From positions 6,176,001-6,240,000 of the forward strand of contig OY760175.1 of assembly GCA_963663165.1 (NCBI GenBank): 64,000 nt of DNA, in the 5' to 3' direction. How positions within the stretch are numbered: position 1 is the first letter of the stretch; each line of letters begins with the position of its first letter. Under the pieces are notes generated by a model. The model made no database searches and was not told the DNA's origin. It saw only the letters and a program-made list of their open reading frames with translations. This stretch comes from an uncultured Desulfospira sp. GTDB lineage: Bacteria; Desulfobacterota; Desulfobacteria; Desulfobacterales; Desulfobacteraceae. Below are positions 10,931 to 21,210 of this stretch, piece after piece. The translations under genes and the position numbers were made by a program.

Positions 10931-11971
10931 TTATTTGTCCGTTGAGCAGTTATCGGACAGGGCCCGGGCCGTTGTTCCGGCCTCATGTCCATTGACCGTG
11001 ACCGTGACCGGCATGCCCAGGCGCAGGCGGTCCTCAGGGTCCTTGACAAAGACCCTTGCCTCGTAGACCAGCTGGGTTCGCAGGTCCTCAGTGGCCACGG
11101 AACGGGGCGTAAACTCGGCCACAGGGGAGATGAACCCCACCCAGCCGGGAACGGGCTGCCCGGGAAAAGAGTCGCTGAACACCATGGCGCCCATCCCTAA
11201 ATTGATCTTGCCCAGCATGGGCTCGGGGATATAGGCCCGGACCCATTTGGGATCGGTAAGGGCCAGGACAAATGCGGGACGGGCGGGTCCGGCCAGTTCC
11301 CCTTTTTCCAGGATCCTGGACTGGATAATGCCCGGGGCGGGTGCTGTCAGGGTCATGTCCGAAAGCCGGATCTGCAATTGGGAAAGGGCGGCCTCTAATG
11401 CTTCGAGCTGGTGGCGGGCGGCGGATATATCTTCTTTCCTAGGACCTTCCACCATAAGGCTTAAGGATTTTTCACATACCTTGAGCTGGGCCTTTTCCAC
11501 CTTGAGGCGGGATTGGGCATCATCCAGTTCCTGGCGGCTGGTGGCACCGGAACCGGATGTTTTTTCCAGCCGTTTGAGGGTCTGCCTGACATTGTCCACC
11601 CGGGCTTTGGCGGCCGCTACCTGGGCCCTTGCCTGATCAATCTCCTGGGGCCGGTTGCCGGTCTCCAGGCGGCACACGGTTTCCTTCTGGGCGGCGATTT
11701 TGGCTTTGGCCTCGGCTATGGCGGCTTCAAGCCGGCTGGCGCGCAGCCTGGCCAGAATATCCCCTTGTTTTACCGGCATGCCCTCTTCAACCAGAATGTC
11801 GGCAACGATTTCCTGCTCGGTAAAGGCAAGGGCGGCATCCCGGATGTCAATGGTGCCGTATATCTTAAGTTCCGGCGCATCCTCTCCCGGTTGGTTTTTT
11901 TGATACGGCCAATACGTATAGGCGCCGGCACCCAGAAGAATCAGTATGATGACAGGGATTATTTTTTTCAT
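10931..11971 (-). CDS. HlyD-family periplasmic adaptor (YbhG-like)
   Basis: N-terminal anchor, coiled coil, ISPVAEFTP motif. Confidence 0.9.
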   Translation of the reverse strand: MKKIIPVIILILLGAGAYTYWPYQKNQPGEDAPELKIYGTIDIRDAALAFTEQEIVADILVEEGMPVKQGDILARLRASRLEAAIAEAKAKIAAQKETVCRLETGNRPQEIDQARAQVAAAKARVDNVRQTLKRLEKTSGSGATSRQELDDAQSRLKVEKAQLKVCEKSLSLMVEGPRKEDISAARHQLEALEAALSQLQIRLSDMTLTAPAPGIIQSRILEKGELAGPARPAFVLALTDPKWVRAYIPEPMLGKINLGMGAMVFSDSFPGQPVPGWVGFISPVAEFTPRSVATEDLRTQLVYEARVFVKDPEDRLRLGMPVTVTVNGHEAGTTARALSDNCSTDK

Positions 11972-11998
11972 GATGGTATCCTTTATTAAAGCTAACAG

Positions 11999-13495
11999 CT
12001 AATGTCTTTTCCCATTCGTTACGGCCAGTCCGGAATCAGCATCCAGCCAGCCCGTATCCGTTATTACACCCTGCCAGCCGCCACCCAGGGCCCGGTACAG
12101 GGACACGGTCTGGGAAAGCGCCTGCTGACGGGCCGTTAATAAGGATTCCTGGATCAGGACCAGTTGCTGCTCATTGTCAAGAACCTGGAATAAATTGCCC
12201 AGTCCTGCCCGGTACAGTTCATCAGCTAAGGCCACGCTATGGGCGGCGGCCTTTTGGGCCTGGATCAGCGCTTCGACTTTGCGCCGGCTTTTACTCACCC
12301 CCACCATGGCGGTTTCCACCTCGGCCAGGGCCTGAATGATCTGCTGTTCCAGGGCCAGGCGGGCCTGTTGGGCCCGGGACTGCTGAACGGCAATCTTCGA
12401 TTCAATCCGGTTTCCGGTGAACAGCGGAAAGGAAACCCCCGGCCCCAGGCTATACACCAGGGCATCTTTGCCAAACAGCCCGGCTGCCGTATCCGTGGAC
12501 AGGGTAAGCCGGCCTGAAATGGCCAGGGCCGGGTATTGTTCCGCCTGGACCGCCCCGATTCCGGCCACGGCACTGTGGTACTGGTGCAGGGCCAGGGCAA
12601 TGTCCGGCCTGCGGCTTACAAGGTCTGCCGGCAGGCCCGTACCCATCAGGGGCGGCACCTGGGGCAGGGGCCCCGGGGGAATCACCAGGTCTTTGCGGCT
12701 TAACATCACCTTGATTCTGTTTTGGGCCGCGGCAAGGGCACTGGACAGCTCGGGAAGACGGGCCCTGGTACCGGCAATGAGACGGTCGGCTTGGGCCACA
12801 GTCAGGGCCGTTCCGTTGCCGGCTTCAAAATCTGACCGGGCCAGGGCCCGGGTTCTGATCTGCAGGTCAAGGGTTTCATTAACATTGTCAATCCGGGCCG
12901 CCAGAATCCGGGCCTCGATATAGGCCAGACTGAGTTCGGCGCACAGGGAAACAAACATCCCGTAGAAATCCGCATAGCTTGCCCGGATATCTTCTTCCCC
13001 GGCTTCCAGCAACCGGGCCGTCCGGCCCCACAGGTCCGCTTCCCATCCGGCGGTGAGCCCGGCTGAATAAACATCCAGTGTTTTTCCGGCCTGTATGCCT
13101 TGAAGGGAAACCACTTTGTCTTGGGCCGACGCCCGGGTGTATCCCAAGGCCGCAGCCAGCTGCAATTGTTTGTCCGCCGCTGTCACACCGTTTCGGGCAG
13201 CCGCCTCAACCACCCGTTCCCGGGCCTGGGACAAGGGGATGCTGGACCCGTTCAACTGTTGGATCAGGCCGGACAGCACCGGGTCGTTGAACTGCTGCCA
13301 CCACTGGCTCTCCGGTTCCCGGGAACGGTTAAACGCTGTTTCATTCAGGTCTGCCGCCGCCCATTTTCCCGGCAGATTGTCTGCCATGTCTGGCGGTGAG
13401 AAATCCGGCCCGACCATACAGGAGGAAAGACAGAAGACCTGGGCCATGATCACGATCAATACCGGCAGGCGCCGGGGCAGGGTGTGTGTTTTCAT
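11999..13495 (-). CDS. NodT/OprM-family outer-membrane efflux lipoprotein
   Basis: Lipobox LSSC-MVGPDF, WEADLWG, RRPDI, LYRALGGG; start set at ATG 13495 behind an AGGAG RBS. Confidence 0.88.
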   Translation of the reverse strand: MKTHTLPRRLPVLIVIMAQVFCLSSCMVGPDFSPPDMADNLPGKWAAADLNETAFNRSREPESQWWQQFNDPVLSGLIQQLNGSSIPLSQARERVVEAAARNGVTAADKQLQLAAALGYTRASAQDKVVSLQGIQAGKTLDVYSAGLTAGWEADLWGRTARLLEAGEEDIRASYADFYGMFVSLCAELSLAYIEARILAARIDNVNETLDLQIRTRALARSDFEAGNGTALTVAQADRLIAGTRARLPELSSALAAAQNRIKVMLSRKDLVIPPGPLPQVPPLMGTGLPADLVSRRPDIALALHQYHSAVAGIGAVQAEQYPALAISGRLTLSTDTAAGLFGKDALVYSLGPGVSFPLFTGNRIESKIAVQQSRAQQARLALEQQIIQALAEVETAMVGVSKSRRKVEALIQAQKAAAHSVALADELYRAGLGNLFQVLDNEQQLVLIQESLLTARQQALSQTVSLYRALGGGWQGVITDTGWLDADSGLAVTNGKRH

Positions 13496-13499
13496 TTCG

Positions 13500-14186
13500 T
13501 TAAAGCTCCTGTGTTCGTGATGTTTCTTCTGATATGCCAAGAATCGCCATGGTGTGGGCCACCACCACCTCTTTGATTTCTTCCACCTCGCTTGCGCTGT
13601 ATCCTTCAAGATCAAGGGCCCGGACAACGGTTTCCCGGCCCACCCGGAAGATAACCAGCTGCCCCATGACAGCCGCAGCCCGGAGCTTTGCCCGCCTTGG
13701 GGAAGGTTCCCCCGTAACGGCCATGATCAACGTGGCAAATGAGTTTAATATGGGTTTCATAAACCCTTCAAAAATCATGGGGTATGCCTGGCTGGGATAC
13801 ATTTGTTCGCGAAGGATAATTTTAGCAAACCGTGGCCCCTGTTCGGTTCCGGCAATAAAGCCGATGAACCGTTCCACCAGGGCCCGGGTCAGTTCCCTGG
13901 CTTTTTGCCGGCCGGATTCGCCGGTAAAGGAGGGGGTGTTGGCAATCATTTCAACAAGTCCGCCGCTTTCTTTTTTGATCCGTTCAACGATGTGGGCTAC
14001 GGCTGCCTGGTATAGGCCTTGCTTCCCGCCGAAATAATAAGGGATGGCGGAAATGTTGACCCCGGCTTCTTTTACGATCATCCGGGTGGTGGCCGCTTCA
14101 AATCCATGCCGGCCAAATATGTCAATGGCCGTTTCCAGCAAACGGTCCCGGGCTGCGGCAGAGGGCTGTTCTTCAACGGGTGTCAT
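13500..14186 (-). CDS. TetR-family regulator with DUF1956 C-terminus (CecR/YbiH-like)
   Basis: TetR HTH (GVNISAIPYYFGGKQGLY), ILREQ motif, first gene of a ybhGFSR-like operon. Confidence 0.85.
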   Translation of the reverse strand: MTPVEEQPSAAARDRLLETAIDIFGRHGFEAATTRMIVKEAGVNISAIPYYFGGKQGLYQAAVAHIVERIKKESGGLVEMIANTPSFTGESGRQKARELTRALVERFIGFIAGTEQGPRFAKIILREQMYPSQAYPMIFEGFMKPILNSFATLIMAVTGEPSPRRAKLRAAAVMGQLVIFRVGRETVVRALDLEGYSASEVEEIKEVVVAHTMAILGISEETSRTQEL

Positions 14187-14352
14187 AAGGTCTCCCTTTT
14201 TGGGGTTGGGTTTTTATAAGAAACTGGAGACAAGAAACAAGAGACAAGAGGGCGAAGCCCCTGCGGTGCCCAATTTATAGTCTACCGTTGCTGGTGTCTT
14301 CAGTTTCATTATTCGTTGTGGGCTTGTGGCCCATGGCCGTTATATGCAGAAT

Positions 14353-14398
14353 AATTCAATCGATTGATTGAGTCAAGTGATTAAATCAAACGATTGAA
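14353..14398. promoter_or_regulatory. Two palindromic boxes, probable CecR-like operator/promoter
   Basis: TTCAATCGATTGATTGA and AAATCAAACGATTGAA upstream of the TetR gene. Confidence 0.45.
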
Positions 14399-14576
14399 GT
14401 TTTTTTACTGCCAGGCAGAATTTGTACTCAGCGAAATGATGGGGAACGATTCAGGAATAGGGCAGGAAAGGAAAAGTGGTGATGGAAAAAACTTGAACGG
14501 GTCGCTGGTCAGGATGGGGACCATGGCGTTGTTGGACTTGGGATATGGGGTTTGGGAACTCAAATTTGTAGAAAAT

Positions 14577-14661
14577 GGAGACCGGAAGAAGGGAGACCGG
14601 ATCTCGTGCATTTTTAAGGGGTGTGCCTTCCGGTCTCCCTTCTTCCGGTTTTCGGTCTCCC
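14577..14661. repeat. Inverted pair of heptamer-like arrays (GGAGACC/GGAAGAA... and complement)
   Basis: GGAGACCGGAAGAAGGGAGACCGG and CCGGTCTCCCTTCTTCCGGTTTTCGGTCTCC can pair. Confidence 0.7.
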
Positions 14662-14674
14662 TGGGCTCAACTAT

Positions 14675-15610
14675 TTACAAATTTTTAAGCCGTGCCATCA
14701 TCTCATGTTCTTCTTTTAGAATGGCGTGGGCCGTTTTGACATCAACTTTTTCAAACTGGATAAAATCTCCCGGCGTTGTCTGGACCACCCGGGAGATATC
14801 CGAGGAAATCACCGTGGCAATCTTGGCATACCCGCCCACGGTCTGCTCCACTAAGAGGATGATGGGCTGTTCGTCGGCCGGGATCTGGATGGAACCGGGC
14901 ATGGAGGGCTCGGACACAATGCTTTTGGGCATGTCTTCTTTGATGGGCACCGCCTCACCCATGAGCCGGTACCCCATGCGGTCGGCCTTGGGCGTGACCA
15001 TGTAAGGCTGCTTAAACAGCAGATCAAGCCCTTTATCAAAGTAGTCGTCCTGGGGGCCGGGGATGACCCTGATGGTTGCCTGTGACGGATATTGGGGGAT
15101 AAACTGGTCCGGAATCGACTTTGGGCTTGCCAAAAGCGGGGCGTCTATCGTGTCCAGAACATCGTTGGCCTGCAGGGGGCGCCCCAGAAATCCACCCAAC
15201 TTTCCACCGGCGTAAGTGGACCGGCTGCCCATGATTTTAGGCACGTCAATCCCCCCTGAAAAGGCCAGATAGGCCCGGCAGCCTGACTTGACCTGGCCCA
15301 GGGTGACCTTGTCCCCGGGGCTCACCCTGAGGGTCTGCCAGGCCTCTTTTTCTTCATCATTGATCTTAATGCCCATCCGGGCACCGGTCAGGGCCATGTC
15401 CATCTCTTTTAATATTTCAAAGGACGGCCCCATGACGGTAAGCTCTAAGGCTGCGGCGGTCTGGGGGTTGCCCGCCAGAAGGTTGGCCATGGCAAAGGCG
15501 GTTTTGTCAAGAGCCCCGGATACCGGGACCCCCATGTGCTGGAACCCGGTTCTCCCTAAGTCCTGGACCGTGGTATATCCGCCGGGGGCCAGAATTTTAA
15601 TGGCGCTCAT
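14675..15610 (-). CDS. pxpC: 5-oxoprolinase subunit C / allophanate hydrolase subunit 2 family
   Basis: TTVQDLGR..GVPVSGALD, GSRST, DRMGYRL, QTVGGY. Confidence 0.85.
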   Translation of the reverse strand: MSAIKILAPGGYTTVQDLGRTGFQHMGVPVSGALDKTAFAMANLLAGNPQTAAALELTVMGPSFEILKEMDMALTGARMGIKINDEEKEAWQTLRVSPGDKVTLGQVKSGCRAYLAFSGGIDVPKIMGSRSTYAGGKLGGFLGRPLQANDVLDTIDAPLLASPKSIPDQFIPQYPSQATIRVIPGPQDDYFDKGLDLLFKQPYMVTPKADRMGYRLMGEAVPIKEDMPKSIVSEPSMPGSIQIPADEQPIILLVEQTVGGYAKIATVISSDISRVVQTTPGDFIQFEKVDVKTAHAILKEEHEMMARLKNL

Positions 15611-16329
15611 GACAGGCCCTCCTCTTTTTTGATGCGGTCAAACTCCGGCCTTGAAATGGAAAAAAATTGAATCTTGTCGCCGGCCCGGTAACGAAAGGGG
15701 TTTTGTTTTTCAGGGGCAAACAGGTTCAGGGGGGTCTGCCCGATGATCTGCCATCCCCCGGGCGAGGTAATGGGATAGATCCCGGTCTGGTTGTTGGCAA
15801 TGCCCACCGAGCCTTTGGGAACGCTCATTCTCGGGGTCTTGAGCCGCGGGGTGGCCAGGCGCGGGTCCAGGCCGCCAAGAAAGGGAAACCCCGGGGTGAA
15901 TCCCACCATGTAAATCAAGTAGGCGGTTTGGGTGTGGATCTTGATAACCTCTTCACAGGAAAGGCCCGAGGACGCCATGACATGGTTCATATCAGGCCCT
16001 AAGTCCTCGTCATAGCAGACCGGAATCTTAACAATGGTTTCACTGAAAACCTGTTTTGAATGGGTATCCCATTGTCCGGTTTCGATTTTCTTTTCTAGCT
16101 CTTCCGGGCTGGTTTCCAAAGGGTCATAGTTGATGAGAACCGACCGGTAGGTGGGGATAATCTCCCTTATGCCGACGGGCTTATCCTTTTCCAGTGCCCG
16201 GGCCAGGGTCCTGACCCGGCCGTTGACCTCAGGGTCAATGCCCGGGCCTAACTCCACTAAAAGGCCCCGGTCTCCGGCCGGCCTGAACAGGGGTTTTTCG
16301 TAAGGGGGCAGGGTGTCGGGCTGCGCCAT
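15607..16329 (-). CDS. pxpB: 5-oxoprolinase subunit B / allophanate hydrolase subunit 1 family
   Basis: IPVCY, GFTPGFPFL, GIYP..SPGGWQIIG. Confidence 0.88.
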   Translation of the reverse strand: MAQPDTLPPYEKPLFRPAGDRGLLVELGPGIDPEVNGRVRTLARALEKDKPVGIREIIPTYRSVLINYDPLETSPEELEKKIETGQWDTHSKQVFSETIVKIPVCYDEDLGPDMNHVMASSGLSCEEVIKIHTQTAYLIYMVGFTPGFPFLGGLDPRLATPRLKTPRMSVPKGSVGIANNQTGIYPITSPGGWQIIGQTPLNLFAPEKQNPFRYRAGDKIQFFSISRPEFDRIKKEEGLS

Positions 16330-17099
16330 TATGCCTCTCCCATGGGCATCACCTTGAAGTCATTTTCTTCAAGTTTCGCCCGAATGGTTTTGACCAGATC
16401 CAGGGCCGCTTTGTTGTCCCCGTGGACGCAAAGGGTCTGGGCTTCCAGTTCAATCACGGTGCCGTCCACGGCTTTAACAAAGCCATTGGCCATGTCCAGG
16501 GCCCGCTGGGCCACAATTTCAGGATCTGAAATAACCGCCCCGGGCTGTTTTCTGGATACCAGGGTTCCTTCAGGGGTATAGGCCCGGTCCGGAAAGGCTT
16601 CATAGGCCACTTTAAGGCCTAAATCCTTTCCCACCTGCCTCATGGTTTCCCCCTTTTTGCCGGCCAGGGCCACAAAAATCAGCCCGGGGTCAAGGGACAG
16701 GATGCCTTGGGCCACCGCCCTTGCCGTGGTTTCATCCTCCACGGCATCCAGGTATAGGGCCCCGTGGGGTTTGACGTGCTGGAGGTTTGCCCGGCAGGCG
16801 ATGCAGAATCCTTTGAGCGCCCCGATCTGGTAGATCAGGTAGTTTTTAACTTCATCGGCCGTGGCCGCCATGCTTCTTCTGCCGAATCCGAGAAGGTCCG
16901 GGTATCCCGGATGGGCCCCGATGGCCACCTGGTTGTCAACGGCAAGCGTTACGGTCTTTTCCATGACCATGGGATCTCCGGCGTGGAATCCGCAGGCAAT
17001 GTTGGCCGAAGAGATGGATGCCATGACCTGTTCATCCATGCCGATCCTGTAAGCCCCAAAGCTTTCGCCCATATCACAGTTTAAATCGATTCGTTTCAT
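16329..17099 (-). CDS. pxpA: LamB/YcsF family, 5-oxoprolinase subunit A
   Basis: DLNCDMGESFG, ACGFHAGDP, HVKPHGALY, CVHGD. Confidence 0.92.
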   Translation of the reverse strand: MKRIDLNCDMGESFGAYRIGMDEQVMASISSANIACGFHAGDPMVMEKTVTLAVDNQVAIGAHPGYPDLLGFGRRSMAATADEVKNYLIYQIGALKGFCIACRANLQHVKPHGALYLDAVEDETTARAVAQGILSLDPGLIFVALAGKKGETMRQVGKDLGLKVAYEAFPDRAYTPEGTLVSRKQPGAVISDPEIVAQRALDMANGFVKAVDGTVIELEAQTLCVHGDNKAALDLVKTIRAKLEENDFKVMPMGEA

Positions 17100-17198
17100 T
17101 TTGAATTTGATTAACCTTTCCAGATCACTTGTTTTTTTAGATATTCCAGAATATATCTTTGCTATTTAAAAATTTCCATTCGGTGTTTGAGTAAACCC

Positions 17199-17324
17199 GT
17201 GTTTGGACGAAAATTTGCCCAGGTGCAAGGCGCATGAAAATTTGCAACCGGAGCAACCTTTAGGGTTGTGAGGATTGCAGATTTTCTTGCAACGCAGCAG
17301 ATGGGTGAATTTTCGTTCAAACAC
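17199..17324. repeat. Palindromic repeat family A copy 2
   Basis: Same ends as 3258-3382; its last base is part of the DctM TAG stop. Confidence 0.9.
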
Positions 17325-18637
17325 TATTGTCCGGTCATCAGCTGCGGCAGTATCAGGGCAATCTTGGGAAAAATAGTCAAAATGGCCGTGGTCATCAGCA
17401 TGAGAAAGAAAAAGGGCAGCGCATGCTTGGCAATCTTCATAATGGGCTCCCCGGTCAGTCCCTGGATGACAAAGAGATTAAATCCCACCGGCGGGGTGAT
17501 CTGGCTGACCTCCACCATGAGGATCAGGTAGATTCCGAACCAGATGGGGTCAAAACCGGCCGCCGTCACCATGGGAAGGGCAATGGGCAGGCTCATGACC
17601 ACAATGGAAAACCCGTCCAGCAGGCAGCCCAGGATAATATAAAACAGCCCCAGCAAAATCATGAGCATGTACGGGGAGAGGTTTAACCCGGCAATGGCCT
17701 GGGTAATGGCCGCAGGGATCCCTAAAAATCCCATGGCCCGGGACAAGAAACCGGCCCCCACCACAATGAGCATGATCATGGCATTGGTCTTGACCGCGCC
17801 TTTAAGGCATTCAAAAAAGATTTTAAAGGTCATGTGCCGGTTGAGGACGGCAAAGACAAGGGCGCCGAAAACCCCCAGGGCTGCGGCTTCTGTCGGTGTG
17901 GCAAACCCGCCGTAGATGGAGCCGAGCACCATGAGAATCAACATCAGGGTCGGGGCCAGGTCCTTGAGCCCGATGAGCCGGTCGGCCCAGGTGTAGGTGT
18001 CCTGGGTCCGGGGGGCAATATCCGGGTTTTTAATGCCGCAAAAAATAATATAGGCGGAATAGACCGACGCCAGCAAAAGTCCCGGCAGAACCCCGGCCAT
18101 GAACATCTTGCCGATGGAGACCTCGGCCAGGATGGCATATACGATCATGATCAGCGACGGCGGAATCAGAAATCCCAAGGTGCCGGCCCCGGCAAGGGAC
18201 CCCATGGACAGGCTCCGGTCATACCCGAGCTTGTCAAATTCCGCCAGGGTGATTCTGCCCACCGTGGCAGTGGTGGCGGCACTGGAGCCGGAAACCGCGG
18301 CAAACAGGGTGCATGAGACAATGTTCATGAGCAAAAGCCCCCCGGGCAGCCGGTAAAGCCAGGGAACCAGGGACTTGAACAGCCGTTCCGATATGCCGGA
18401 CCGGTATAAGATTTCCCCCATTAAGATAAAGAGGGGCAGGGCCACATATTCCCATTTTTCAATGGTGGCCCAGACCGAGGAGGCCATGTTGTTTCCGGCC
18501 GGCAGGGAGGAAAACAATCCCATGCCGATAAACCCGACAATGAACAGGGAAAATCCCACCCAGATGCCGGCGGCCAGGGTCAGAAACAGGCATCCGAAAA
18601 CAATGACGGACATGAGCAGCAGTTCAGATTCCATCAC
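17324..18637 (-). CDS. dctM: TRAP transporter large permease DctM
   Basis: ALPLFILMG, SGSS, GTLGFLIPPS, TPTEA, ITPPVGFNLFV. Confidence 0.92.
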   Translation of the reverse strand: MMESELLLMSVIVFGCLFLTLAAGIWVGFSLFIVGFIGMGLFSSLPAGNNMASSVWATIEKWEYVALPLFILMGEILYRSGISERLFKSLVPWLYRLPGGLLLMNIVSCTLFAAVSGSSAATTATVGRITLAEFDKLGYDRSLSMGSLAGAGTLGFLIPPSLIMIVYAILAEVSIGKMFMAGVLPGLLLASVYSAYIIFCGIKNPDIAPRTQDTYTWADRLIGLKDLAPTLMLILMVLGSIYGGFATPTEAAALGVFGALVFAVLNRHMTFKIFFECLKGAVKTNAMIMLIVVGAGFLSRAMGFLGIPAAITQAIAGLNLSPYMLMILLGLFYIILGCLLDGFSIVVMSLPIALPMVTAAGFDPIWFGIYLILMVEVSQITPPVGFNLFVIQGLTGEPIMKIAKHALPFFFLMLMTTAILTIFPKIALILPQLMTGQ

Positions 18638-19149
18638 ACCACCTCCTCTTTGGTTTGAATGGCCGCAAATGTTTTGATGGTGGTGGCGGCAAGCTCAAAA
18701 AAGAAGCAGGCCGCTCCGGCCAGCATGATGGCCTGGGGGATCCACAAAGGGGTATGGGTCAAGGTTCCGGAGGTGGATTCATACCGCAGGGAAGACTGGA
18801 CCATCTTTAACAGGTAGATCCACAGGTATCCCATAAAGGCGGTGGTGGTAAGCGTGGCCAGAAAGGTAATGGTCCGGGCCGCCTTTGGGGGCAGAAATCC
18901 CAGGACCAGGGTGATCCTTATATGCCCTTTTTCTTTCAGGCAGTATCCGGCACCCATGAATATAATGGCAGCAAGCCCGTAGGCGCTGTATTCGTCGCTG
19001 ATAAGGGTGGTTTTTTCAAAGGCGTTCCACAGAAAAATTTCCACGAGGATAAGCAGGGTCATAAGCCCTAAGACCACGGCGGAAATATTGGCCATGATCT
19101 CACTTAAGGCATCAGAAAGTTTAACTAATCGGTTCATTGGGGGCTCCAC
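18634..19149 (-). CDS. dctQ: TRAP transporter small permease DctQ
   Basis: Four TM segments, GHIRI motif, between dctP and dctM. Confidence 0.88.
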   Translation of the reverse strand: MEPPMNRLVKLSDALSEIMANISAVVLGLMTLLILVEIFLWNAFEKTTLISDEYSAYGLAAIIFMGAGYCLKEKGHIRITLVLGFLPPKAARTITFLATLTTTAFMGYLWIYLLKMVQSSLRYESTSGTLTHTPLWIPQAIMLAGAACFFFELAATTIKTFAAIQTKEEVV

Positions 19150-19249
19150 AAAAGGCCGAAGGGGTTTAGGCTGAAGGCTGTTTAGGCCGAAGGGGTTGAT
19201 CCTTTCTCTCCTAACTGCCCTCAGCCTTCAGTCTTCAGCCTATGAAAAT

Positions 19250-20239
19250 CTATCGGCCGGTGATTTTATAGTATTGATCCAAAATGGCCTGGGCATCGGC
19301 CCCGGCTTTCTGAGCCCATTCGGCCCTGAGTTTTTCACCCACGGCATTGAGCTGGGCCCGGAATTCCTTGGATACCGGGTTGATGGTCATTCCGTTTTCG
19401 GTCAGGGTGGCCCGGCTTTTCCGGTCCATGTCCCCGGCCAGGTTCCACATTTCATCTTCCATCTCTGCCGCAATCTCAAGGACAATGGCCTGGGTCTTTG
19501 GATCGAGTTTGTCCCAGGCGGCCTTGTTGACGTTGATCATGTTCACCGGCCCCACAATGTTGATGGGGGTAAAGAACTTGAGAACTTCCCAGGCTTTGGC
19601 ATCCACGCCGGATACCGAAGAGGTGTACATGGAGTCCAGAAGGCCGGCTTTCATGGCCGGATATACTTCGGAAAAGGGCATTTTTCTTGCGGCGATGCCG
19701 GTGGCATTACCGAATGCCAGGCCGGTGCCGTCATACACCCTCATCTTAAGGCCGGACAGATCGGCTTCGGAATTGATGGCCCGCTGGGTATAGATGCCGG
19801 AAAAAGGCCATACTGAGGTGTAAAGGGTCTTCTGGTTGAATTTTTCCAGTTTCTGGGCATAAACCGGTTTGGCCAGCTGGTAAAGAAGGCGCTGTTCAAA
19901 GGCGTTGGTGGAGATAAAGGGCTGGGCGGTCAACGCCAGCACCGGGGCATCCCCTTCAACCATGCCCGTGGGGATTTCGGCAATGGCCAGCTGGCCTTCG
20001 GCAACGGCCTTGAGCAGCTCTGGCCCCTTGAACCCCAGGGAAGATCCCGGGTGAAGAACGATTTCAAGTTCCCCGTTGGTGGCTTTGGCCACCCGGTCGG
20101 CAAACTCCTGGGCACCCTTGGAATGAAAGTTGCCGGCAGGATAGTTTAAGTGCAGGTCCCATTTGGTCTTGGCCCATGCGCTGGACAGGCCGGTCAGGGC
20201 AAATGCCAGGCCGGTCAACAGAATCAGTGCTTTTTTCAT
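19250..20239 (-). CDS. dctP: TRAP transporter substrate-binding protein DctP
   Basis: Signal peptide, LSGLKMRV, MPFSEVYPAM..GLLD. Confidence 0.9.
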   Translation of the reverse strand: MKKALILLTGLAFALTGLSSAWAKTKWDLHLNYPAGNFHSKGAQEFADRVAKATNGELEIVLHPGSSLGFKGPELLKAVAEGQLAIAEIPTGMVEGDAPVLALTAQPFISTNAFEQRLLYQLAKPVYAQKLEKFNQKTLYTSVWPFSGIYTQRAINSEADLSGLKMRVYDGTGLAFGNATGIAARKMPFSEVYPAMKAGLLDSMYTSSVSGVDAKAWEVLKFFTPINIVGPVNMINVNKAAWDKLDPKTQAIVLEIAAEMEDEMWNLAGDMDRKSRATLTENGMTINPVSKEFRAQLNAVGEKLRAEWAQKAGADAQAILDQYYKITGR

Positions 20240-20387
20240 TTTCTTCCTCCTTAAATTAATAAATTAAATGACTTCCGGCCAAAGCCGGGGGTAAATATGT
20301 GCGGTCAGCCATTAGTCGTTAGCTTTTAGCTGTCAGCGGGTCGAGGGGACCCAAAAGCTAACAGCTAATGGCTAACAGCTTATAGCT

Positions 20388-21083
20388 TCAAGTCGTCATA
20401 AACAAAATAATCCGCTGCCTGAAGGTTTCGGTATGGTCCTCAAGCAATGCTTTCAGCTTTGTTAAATTTTTTTCCTTAAGATACTCGATAATCCGGTCAT
20501 GTTCGGTGACCACGGATTCATGGTGGGCCGACAGGGGCCGTTCCGGGTCAATGGGATTTCCATAAGACAGGTAGGAAAGCCGTTTGGCCTCGTTTCGGAC
20601 GTCTCTGACCGCCCGGATTAAAAATTCATTCTGGGAGCATTTGGCAAACCCCATGTGAAATTCATGGTTAGCCTCCACCAGTTTGAAGACCTGATTTTCA
20701 CTGATGGCCTTTCTGACTTTCTGATTGGCGGCTTCCATGGTTTTAAACAGGGATGAGCAGTCTTTTTTTACCGCTGTTTCAGCCACCCCGTTTTCAATGA
20801 TCAGCATGCTTTCGAACATGGCCTTGGTGTTTTGCAGGGTAATGGGCCGGACAATCATCCCTTTGTTGGGAAGGGATTCCACCATTTTTTCCCCCTGAAG
20901 CCGGACCAGGGCCTCCCGGACCGGGGTCCGGCCGATACCGGTTTCCTCCATGAGCTGGCCCTCTTCCAGATGCTGGCTGGGCTGGTATTCAAGGCTGATA
21001 ATTTTTCTGACAATGGCTTCATAGGCGCAGACCGCCAGGGGCTTTTTGGGAAGTTTCTGGATTTTGGCCGCGGGTTTGTTCAA
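20388..21083 (-). CDS. GntR-family (FCD) transcriptional regulator
   Basis: GRTPVREAL HTH, NHEFH, EH..I. Confidence 0.9.
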   Translation of the reverse strand: MNKPAAKIQKLPKKPLAVCAYEAIVRKIISLEYQPSQHLEEGQLMEETGIGRTPVREALVRLQGEKMVESLPNKGMIVRPITLQNTKAMFESMLIIENGVAETAVKKDCSSLFKTMEAANQKVRKAISENQVFKLVEANHEFHMGFAKCSQNEFLIRAVRDVRNEAKRLSYLSYGNPIDPERPLSAHHESVVTEHDRIIEYLKEKNLTKLKALLEDHTETFRQRIILFMTT

Positions 21084-21124
21084 TACAGGTTCCTTAATAC
21101 GATTATGGTTGCTTCATGGTCTGA

Positions 21125-21169
21125 AAAATATACTTGACATAGATTAAAAATATATGTCAAGTATATTTT
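21125..21169. promoter_or_regulatory. Perfect 17-bp inverted repeat in the divergent gntR/accB intergenic region (operator/promoters)
   Basis: AAAATATACTTGACATA-N11-TATGTCAAGTATATTTT; each arm contains TTGACA. Confidence 0.6.
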
Positions 21170-21210
21170 CAAAAATATTTGATTAACAGAGTACAAGGGA
21201 GGTACGGATC

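Noticed and set aside
13496..13627. N-terminal extension of the outer-membrane efflux ORF
   Set aside because: Overlaps the TetR gene; RBS and lipoprotein signal favour ATG 13495
14394..15005. 203-aa plus-strand ORF and its antisense partner
   Set aside because: Built from heptamer repeats plus pxpC antisense; no recognisable domain
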